A stretch of 64,000 nt of DNA from positions 160,001-224,000 of the forward strand of contig JBGASG010000003.1 in the NCBI GenBank assembly GCA_044229845.1, read 5' to 3'. The notes under the pieces were generated by a model, which saw nothing but the letters and a program-made list of their open reading frames with translations, was not told where the DNA came from and ran no database searches. The position numbers and the translations under genes were made by a program. Origin of the DNA: Candidatus Obscuribacteraceae bacterium. Its GTDB lineage: Bacteria; Cyanobacteriota; Vampirovibrionia; Obscuribacterales; Obscuribacteraceae. Shown here piece by piece: positions 58,001 to 64,000 of this stretch (the stretch's first letter is position 1; each line of letters begins with the position of its first letter).

Positions 58001-58879
58001 GCCGGAGTCCCTTGCCACGGCAGTGTAATCCGGTTTCCATCCCTTGTCGTCGGCGGTCACGCCATAGTCTGGTTTCCACCCCTTGTCACCGGTGGACACA
58101 CCAAAATCCGGCTTCCATCCTTTGTCACCGGCAGCGGTGGCACTATTCACCACACCGGCCTTATCTGAGCCAACTGAGCTATCGCTCAAGAGTTCTTTCG
58201 ACCGAACGATCGCTCGGCTGGAAGTGTCGGCAACATTGTATGCGGTATCAGTGGTCCTCGCCCAGCCTACGGCAACGGAATTGCCTGGCGAGTCCAACGA
58301 CTTGTCGGCAGGCGCGACTCGACTGCCGATTGAGCCCGGTGCATCATCTGCTTTTGTGGAGGTGAGAGAAATATGCTGTGCGCCGGCGTCCACTAGTCCG
58401 GCCGCGCCTTCGACAGGCTTTCCTGGTGCCTCGACAGGGTAAGCTGGGTCGGCATTGTTGACACCAAGACTCAAACGCTCGGCAGCAGACAGAACCGCTC
58501 GTTCGCCTTTAGAACCGGTTGATTCGGGTTCAACGCGTTTTCCAGGAGCCGGTGACAGCACAACTGAGACACTATCATCGTTCGAAGCGCGCAAAAGACC
58601 CGTCAATAACGGAGAGACTAGTCTTGTGTGTGTCGGCTGCGAAGTTTGCGAGTCACTCGCCGGTTGAGGCGATTGTCCTGGTTGTGGGCCGACTTCAAAA
58701 CCTTGAGTGAGTGTGTGCGACTCTTCATTAGCGGGCAATTGCATTCGCTTTTTAATCGTATCGCTGTCATCAGGACTGCGGAGATCGACACTATCGTGTG
58801 CCGGTCCCGACGATCTAGTTGAGTGCTCGACTGGCTGCTCTGTTTCTTCAGAGTGATGACGTTCTTGTCTTGCGACCAT
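55064..58879 (-). CDS. Giant (about 1270 aa) LysM-LysM-terminal-domain protein (paralog B); start uncertain
   Basis: YVIQPGDTLESIA and YCIARLGETLNSLA; coiled coil before LysM1. Confidence 0.85.
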   Translation of the reverse strand: MVARQERHHSEETEQPVEHSTRSSGPAHDSVDLRSPDDSDTIKKRMQLPANEESHTLTQGFEVGPQPGQSPQPASDSQTSQPTHTRLVSPLLTGLLRASNDDSVSVVLSPAPGKRVEPESTGSKGERAVLSAAERLSLGVNNADPAYPVEAPGKPVEGAAGLVDAGAQHISLTSTKADDAPGSIGSRVAPADKSLDSPGNSVAVGWARTTDTAYNVADTSSRAIVRSKELLSDSSVGSDKAGVVNSATAAGDKGWKPDFGVSTGDKGWKPDYGVTADDKGWKPDYTAVARDSGTGSKGETSSTSYTGWKLDPSPANATSWKVVDAGQTKDVGWLNVADAKPGAYNKVVDNLGSWALNEILQKVDKYFKVDTGNVGSKPVESAIGSNVEKRGWVEKPGADKPGADKGLVPLPGNGPKEKRDDFQKLDSLDVRKPQAFKVDKLDREESTATVKPQPGKVEPIRSKDEAPSKLNLSTKLDLPVKLDLPKKLDLPTKLDWQTKPDLLAKLDLRGKENFVVGQKDLAVESKVDKSLPALKERLPLVSSTKELVQDRPQQIREFQQKLDQLVFIGKPSAESDRRGPQERVDRAVLFIPPHEVRIQARLELLDQTRRTLGESKVENGSRRNEPHEFRVIDRTLKGAGENPQIKREDLPLGRPREGKVEQPGEPRPNGKIEMQLGKKEIDGAKKDAEVGKKSVESKRETVKTEGTETGVKIQIITPKGPGAIAEEDTAKKKGKKLFGEDDEDANLQPPPEETKKKPDDDTPQVVLTQPLSPLENTQEETSSQAQVCEDELDAEERRQRNLAILAASSPNANDPNQSQQSQTNTQASGNGGSSPQIDPSTVLPTIELTDQASTVLPVPVESTVDAISEIEQRYDIEMDAYAAHAATIQAMRERELLGYEMREQEQRQERERLAEERNARRQRELEENDRRMALLAQKRKSAQVASDKIANARVTYVIQPGDTLESIARRMLSDKRLSGLVFDLNRSAIPWRIESGRRYLALKPGLTIQLPNHVDITRYKASKRTTTLPFGYDVMPGTTTPATTHTLPSEQAARQKTRRDNVEKILGPLSSSVDEPAYCIARLGETLNSLARRHPHLQDESLWFLLAEVNNLSQETDAIGRAKARLTRGMKLRLPSSQQILEFRSKQCTPAKTADADATQTTIAETRRDVVCEHVFLDQNIRLLIARDRISMNEVQYSLQIFVADWQCVRSYEESHSGNWIRHQYDRYGAVRSFALDLPLPVIKELAHNDLYGAWEGYVSEYLAISSTKTA
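57358..57475 (-). repeat. 18-bp/6-aa repeat (KLDLPx) x6 in paralog B
   Basis: KLNLST KLDLPV KLDLPK KLDLPT KLDWQT KPDLLA KLDL. Confidence 0.8.
58013..58129 (-). repeat. 39-bp/13-aa repeat (GDKGWKPDYGVxx) x3 in paralog B
   Basis: GDKGWKPDFGVST GDKGWKPDYGVTA DDKGWKPDYTAVA. Confidence 0.88.
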
Positions 58880-59080
58880 CAGGATTACCTGCTGAGGCCG
58901 AATGCGGCGATGTGATTCACTCACGCTGCGAGCACGCGCGAAAAGAATCATTTAGTAAGTATGGGGCGGGTGTCAGTACGATTGTACTCACAACGCCGGA
59001 ATTGTCTGCTATCCACAATACATTTCCGGCTCTGCGCACACGAATACGCAGAGAGTTAATCTACTCAGACGAAATCTGTT

Positions 59081-62000
59081 CTATTCGGCTATCTTTCTTC
59101 CTTGCTGGAAGTTGCAGGAATACTTCTCCCAGTGCGCTGATATATCGTTCTCAGCCAGTTCCTTAGCGGCATGTGGAGGAAGGTCGATACGGCTTGTGGT
59201 TTTCTTGCCGGTGACCGAAAACTCATGACGCAGAGTAACGTCTGCATTCACTTCATACTGAACGACCGGTCTCCAGAAGTCTTCCTGACGCACTTCAAGT
59301 CTCGTTCTGAAGCCGGCACCATCGCCTTCGCCAGTATTGCCGTAATTGACAATCCGGCAGGTTTCGCTGAGATGCTGGATGATATTGCGTTGACCGCGAT
59401 CATCGCCGACGGCTTTCTGCAGTTGCTGTCCTTCGCGCGGCACCATGCCTGCTGCTTGCAGCAGACTGTTGGTAGCATCGTCAGGATCGCGGGTGGCGAT
59501 TCCAGGCGGCGTGTATCGGACAATGTCTCCAGGCCGCACGAACGGCAGAACGTTACTGGCGGCTACTCGCGTTGCGGAGTCGCTGGTGTTGTCGGAAACA
59601 ATCACCGTACCGCTACCCCCGACGACCGGATCTTGCGTGACGTCCTGAGACTCATCTCCGATCTTGATTTGGACATCTTGAAGTGTGGTAGCCATGGACG
59701 GATCACTTTCAGCGGGCACCGAATAAGGTGCTTGAGGAGCCGTAATTTGTTCGGCTTTTCCGGCTGTTTTCGGCGGCTTCAGTTTGAGCTTGAATGACTC
59801 GATCTCTTCCAGAGTCGGCAAGCTGATTGTGGTACCACGCTTGATTTGAGCAACCGGAGTACCCTTGCCGTCGACGTCCGTGGTCAGCTCGTTTACTTCC
59901 GCGAGGAGTTTCCACAAAGTGACATCTTTGAGAGCCGGGTGACGCATGGCGACGGAACGCAAGGTATCACCCAATCTGCAAATATAGCGAATACGTCCGT
60001 CGGCCGGCGGCGCTTGAGTCTTAGCAACGGACCCGAGCAGGCTCTCAACATTGGCGCGGCGCGTAGCATCCTTTTCAACTTCGGCTTCAGACTTCGGTTG
60101 TCCAGCAGCAGCAGCGGCTGGCAGAAGCCCTAATCTGATCAAGCCCGGATTGGTAGCGCGCGATGAATTGCACATGCCTTCCGGTGCTTCTTCGTACTGG
60201 AACTTGATGCTCTGCCTTCCGAAGAGTCGCGCGTGAAAACGACGAATTTCGGCTTGAGTTGGCAGTTGAATCACAGACCGTGGCGAGAGTTGGAGATAAC
60301 GAATGTCTCCTTGCATTCTCGACGGAATCAAGTGCTTATTGATCTCGTAAAGCAGCGGAGCCAATCGTTTGTCTCGCAGTTTCTTGATGGCGATTGATTC
60401 AAGGGTGTCACCTTGCAACACCACATACTTCTGACGCACCTCCGGCACGAAGTTTTCTTCCAATCCTTCGACTGGATTCCTCGTCTTCTTGGTGGCCATA
60501 GCTGCCAGCATGGCATCTGAGAAACGCTTCGCGCGCTCTTCCAGCTCGCGCTGTTCTCGGTCTTCACGCAACTCCTGGTCGCGGCGACGATTTTCAGCAA
60601 GTTCGAGTTCATAGCGCTCGCGGCGTTCTTTCTCGATTTCGTCGTACTTGTTGATCTCTTCGACTTTCCAGTCGTAGCTGGTGCCCATGAGACGACCGAC
60701 TTCAGCACGGTCTTCCATGTCGTGGATGATGGCCTCTGTGTTGAGACCGCCTGGCACGGTTGGATCGGCAAGTTCCACAAGCGGCGCACTGCCGATGGTG
60801 GTAACGTCCACAGGCAGAGTGGGCAACGAAATGGCGGGTTGTGCCCCGTCATCATCGCGATCGTGGTCGTGGTGACTGGCAATCGGAGCCACATCGAGTG
60901 CCGGCGCGATAGCCTGATTCATACCATCTACAAAGGGATTGACCGGCTCGGCGGCGGATTGAATCGGTTGCACAGCCACCGGTGTATCGATGTCCGACAT
61001 GACAGGCTGCGGATCGGACACCGGAGGATTGGTGTTGGCCACCAACCGATCGGCGACGCTGTATCCGGCTTGCTCAGCCTGAGGCAGCGTCACTGGCGGG
61101 ACTGTCGGCTCGAGCATGGGAGCAAATGGCGGCGTCAAATCGTTCGCAGGCGTCTGCTGCGAAATCGAGGCCGAATTATCCGTAGTTTCCTTCACGGCCA
61201 CGTCATTCGGTCTCGAAACGGCGAAGTCCTCGATCGGTCTGGGTGCCGGAGCCTCAATGAACGAATGTTCGACCGTTTCTGAGTCGATCTTGTGAGTGAC
61301 CTCGGCAACTTGATGCGGGAAGTTCTCTGACGAATGAGAGATGTCATCGAGCGGGAACGAAGCTGAACTGGCCGCCGGCATTGGATCAAAATAAGCCGGC
61401 ACGGGAGCCGTAGATGCCGCTTTTGAAATATCTCCGAGTCCTGCGCTGTACTCAACATCGGTATGCGCTTTCGGCTGTGCCGTAACGACGTCCTGATTGG
61501 CAACTGGCTCGGAATGAGCCTGTACTGGCTGTCCAGATTGGCTGCCTATAGCAATGTCGACCACCGCATCTACCACAGAGTACCCGGGTTGGGTCTGGTG
61601 GCTGACAGGCTCCTGATTTGAATAGACAACTGTACCGGATGAAGTCTCGTGCACTATCGGCTCCTGACTGCTGTAACCGCCGTCCGAATGGGAGACCGGC
61701 TGCGACGTCGAGTGCGACGAGGAATCGCCGACTTGAACGTGGACAACAATGTCGGGTTCATGTGAGACGGTTGGCGTTACGTCATTGCCCTTCGGCACGG
61801 GCAACGGTTCCGGCTTGGGTTCCGGTTTTACTTCTGGCTTTGGTGTCACCTCGACGTCCGGTTTCGTTACTGGTGTCGAAGTGGGCTCGGGCTTCGGCGT
61901 CACTTCCACATCCGACTTGGGCGTAGGTGTTGGCGTCGGAGTTGGAGTTGGCTCAATTTTTACCACAATTTCGCCGCTGATAGGCACTATTGGATTTCCG

Positions 62001-64000
62001 TCAGGATTAGTGGTAGTCGTGTTGGTGCCGGTAGTCGTTCCAGTCTGCGTGGTGTCACCGGTTTTGATTTCCGTACCAGGTGGCGTTGTCGTACCGGTCG
62101 TGGTTCCGGTCTGCGTGGTGTCGCCGGTTTTGATTTCCGTGTCAGGTGGAGTTGTCGTACCGGTCGTGGGTCCAGTCTGCGTGGTGTCGCCGGTTTTGAT
62201 TTCCGTACCGGTCTGTGTCTGCGTGCCGGTCTGTGTGCCGGTCCCAATCTGCGTACTGGTATCGGTGGATGTATTGTTGGTCGGAATCGCCGTCCCTGAG
62301 GATGTCGTAATACCGATATCCTTGAGCATCTGGCTGAGCACATCGGGCGGGATGTTATCGACATCTTGCGGGTTGTGCGTGACGAGCTGTCCACCGATAA
62401 CGACGGTAGTGCCCGTAGGAGTCGACGATGAATCCTGCGCGATCGGATGACCGTTCGGATCGGTGAAGAATACGTGGACGTTGGAGCCCTGCGTCTGTCC
62501 GGTTTGGTCGACCCAAACCAGCGTGCCGGAGGATGATTCCAACGGCTTACCATCGGGGCTTACATACACGATGTTTCCGGAGCCCACGTTCGGATTTCTG
62601 TCGATCACCACAACTACGTCATCACCGACTCCGGTCGGGCGCGTACCATTGAGAATAATGGTGGTGGTATCACCGGAGCTGACCGGGCGGCCGTCTGGTG
62701 ACAAAACAATCACGTGCGGTTCATCACCGTATTTGGTGACGGTGCCATTATCAATCGAAACGACGTGGCTATTGGCAGTCGTATATTGCTGTCCTGTCGA
62801 ATCCTGCCAGGAAATAGCTTTACTGTTTCCAGTCGCTTGCTGGCTGTCGGCCGGTAGTTCATCGAGCAACACCTTCAAATTGCCGTTCTTGTCGACGAAG
62901 ATGACTCCGCCACCATCAGTAATGGCGAAGCCTTTACGGTTGTCGATATAGACGGTGGCATTACTGCTGGTGATCTGCCGATTGGCATCCACTGTGACGA
63001 CGGTGCCGTCAGCAGTAGTTGCCGACTTGCCTGAACCATCGAGAACGATCTTGCGATCTCCAGAAGGATTTTGCGCAGCTGGCGGTGCAAAATTGGTCTG
63101 GGCAGCGTTGGGATCAGTGACAGCCTGAGCTGTTGCGGTGGCGGTGTTGGTTCCAGGAGCAAGTTCTTTGCCGCCAGGAATAGTTGCACCGGTTCCTGGC
63201 AATCCGGTCTTGTCGCCGAGCGCGGTGGCGCCGGTGAGAGACACACCGCCGGTGACCGTGGCACCGCCTGCGATGTTGATACCACCGGCCGAATTCAAGC
63301 CGACACCGGAGACCGAGAGACCGCCGCCGGCGCTAATTGAATCTTTACCGGTGGTAACCGTCATACCGACCACTACGGTGCCGGATGTAGCTGTCACTAC
63401 TCCAGAACCAGGTCCAGCAACCTGTCCGGTACCCGTACCGTTGTTCACCGATACAGACGTGCCGGGCGCCTGGGTTTGTCCACCCTGTTGTCCGGGATCT
63501 TTACTATTCTGCTGTCCGGACACGACTGTGCCACCGGCGCCAGTAATCTGGACGCCTGGCAAGTTGATCGGTTGCATTTGCACTGCGCCGCCGGCGCCGC
63601 CCGCTCCCGGCACATTGCCAGGATCTTTGCCGCCCGCGCCTGGCAGGTTGGCACCGGTCGGCTGTTGTCCGAAGCCAGGAATGTTGATCAGTGATTGACC
63701 GGTGGTCGGGTTGATGACGTTGCCTTGAGCGTCTTTAAGGACTGCACCAGTGCCGTCAGCTGCGATACCACCTTTGCCGAGTGGTCCCGGTACGATTACG
63801 CCGCCAGGTCCGATCGTCGAGCCCGGGGGCAGGGCAACGGCCTTACCGTCAGCTGTGATCGGCATACCTTTCGCATCGAATTTGCCGATTGGAATACCGT
63901 CCAGTCCGATAGAGCCTTTGATGGGCAGTCCGGTAGTGGGATCGATAGCCTGACGGCCGATTCCGCCAAGTTCCCCTTTGCCGCCGACTAGTTCGGCTCT
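59081..64000 (-). CDS. Giant (>1639 aa) LysM-LysM-terminal-domain protein (paralog C), 5'-truncated by window edge
   Basis: Frame is open to position 64000; YVVLQGDTLESIA and YICRLGDTLRSVA; Gly/Thr/Pro-rich body. Confidence 0.87.
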   Translation of the reverse strand, partial: RAELVGGKGELGGIGRQAIDPTTGLPIKGSIGLDGIPIGKFDAKGMPITADGKAVALPPGSTIGPGGVIVPGPLGKGGIAADGTGAVLKDAQGNVINPTTGQSLINIPGFGQQPTGANLPGAGGKDPGNVPGAGGAGGAVQMQPINLPGVQITGAGGTVVSGQQNSKDPGQQGGQTQAPGTSVSVNNGTGTGQVAGPGSGVVTATSGTVVVGMTVTTGKDSISAGGGLSVSGVGLNSAGGINIAGGATVTGGVSLTGATALGDKTGLPGTGATIPGGKELAPGTNTATATAQAVTDPNAAQTNFAPPAAQNPSGDRKIVLDGSGKSATTADGTVVTVDANRQITSSNATVYIDNRKGFAITDGGGVIFVDKNGNLKVLLDELPADSQQATGNSKAISWQDSTGQQYTTANSHVVSIDNGTVTKYGDEPHVIVLSPDGRPVSSGDTTTIILNGTRPTGVGDDVVVVIDRNPNVGSGNIVYVSPDGKPLESSSGTLVWVDQTGQTQGSNVHVFFTDPNGHPIAQDSSSTPTGTTVVIGGQLVTHNPQDVDNIPPDVLSQMLKDIGITTSSGTAIPTNNTSTDTSTQIGTGTQTGTQTQTGTEIKTGDTTQTGPTTGTTTPPDTEIKTGDTTQTGTTTGTTTPPGTEIKTGDTTQTGTTTGTNTTTTNPDGNPIVPISGEIVVKIEPTPTPTPTPTPKSDVEVTPKPEPTSTPVTKPDVEVTPKPEVKPEPKPEPLPVPKGNDVTPTVSHEPDIVVHVQVGDSSSHSTSQPVSHSDGGYSSQEPIVHETSSGTVVYSNQEPVSHQTQPGYSVVDAVVDIAIGSQSGQPVQAHSEPVANQDVVTAQPKAHTDVEYSAGLGDISKAASTAPVPAYFDPMPAASSASFPLDDISHSSENFPHQVAEVTHKIDSETVEHSFIEAPAPRPIEDFAVSRPNDVAVKETTDNSASISQQTPANDLTPPFAPMLEPTVPPVTLPQAEQAGYSVADRLVANTNPPVSDPQPVMSDIDTPVAVQPIQSAAEPVNPFVDGMNQAIAPALDVAPIASHHDHDRDDDGAQPAISLPTLPVDVTTIGSAPLVELADPTVPGGLNTEAIIHDMEDRAEVGRLMGTSYDWKVEEINKYDEIEKERRERYELELAENRRRDQELREDREQRELEERAKRFSDAMLAAMATKKTRNPVEGLEENFVPEVRQKYVVLQGDTLESIAIKKLRDKRLAPLLYEINKHLIPSRMQGDIRYLQLSPRSVIQLPTQAEIRRFHARLFGRQSIKFQYEEAPEGMCNSSRATNPGLIRLGLLPAAAAAGQPKSEAEVEKDATRRANVESLLGSVAKTQAPPADGRIRYICRLGDTLRSVAMRHPALKDVTLWKLLAEVNELTTDVDGKGTPVAQIKRGTTISLPTLEEIESFKLKLKPPKTAGKAEQITAPQAPYSVPAESDPSMATTLQDVQIKIGDESQDVTQDPVVGGSGTVIVSDNTSDSATRVAASNVLPFVRPGDIVRYTPPGIATRDPDDATNSLLQAAGMVPREGQQLQKAVGDDRGQRNIIQHLSETCRIVNYGNTGEGDGAGFRTRLEVRQEDFWRPVVQYEVNADVTLRHEFSVTGKKTTSRIDLPPHAAKELAENDISAHWEKYSCNFQQGRKIAE
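62012..62209 (-). repeat. 66-bp/22-aa repeat (TEIKTGDTTQTGxTTGTTTPPx) x3 in paralog C
   Basis: CCGGTTTTGATTTCCGT recurs at 66-bp period. Confidence 0.9.

Noticed and set aside
58995..59030. Hairpin between giant paralogs C and B as a terminator or riboswitch
   Set aside because: Imperfect stem (GCCGGAA...TTCCGGC) with no U-tract and no recognisable aptamer.

Overview
Gene-dense chromosomal window of moderately high GC. It contains no CRISPR array, rRNA, integrase, transposase or phage genes. The gene content (TPR-matrixin proteases, DUF4384, an LRV/MshEN-like protein, giant low-complexity LysM proteins) suggests a non-photosynthetic cyanobacterial relative such as Melainabacteria/Obscuribacterales; this is inference only. 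Ordinary genes: DAACS symporter, ICMT-like methyltransferase, alpha/beta hydrolase, PRTase, amidinotransferase, TM0106 RecB-nuclease/helicase, thermonuclease, GT87, GT9, CAP protein, SdpR-like regulator, serine hydrolase, aquaporin, FeoB, M16 peptidase, DinG helicase, USP, PiT and tRNA-His. The four most notable structures are: (1) a tandem trio of giant LysM proteins (49.3-64 kb) sharing a C-terminal LysM-LysM-unrecognised-domain module, with unrelated repeat-rich N-termini and no signal peptide in the two complete copies; (2) three Flp pilin genes with identical mature peptides, each with its own terminator, lying between a NarL-type kinase and its regulator beside a perfect CATGAC-N4-GTCATG palindrome; (3) three ATP-grasp ligases plus an Asp/Glu racemase; (4) a roughly 560-bp non-coding region next to tRNA-His with three co-oriented arrays of DnaA-box-like 9-mers at 11-bp period. 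All calls come from reading motifs by eye; no database searches were run.
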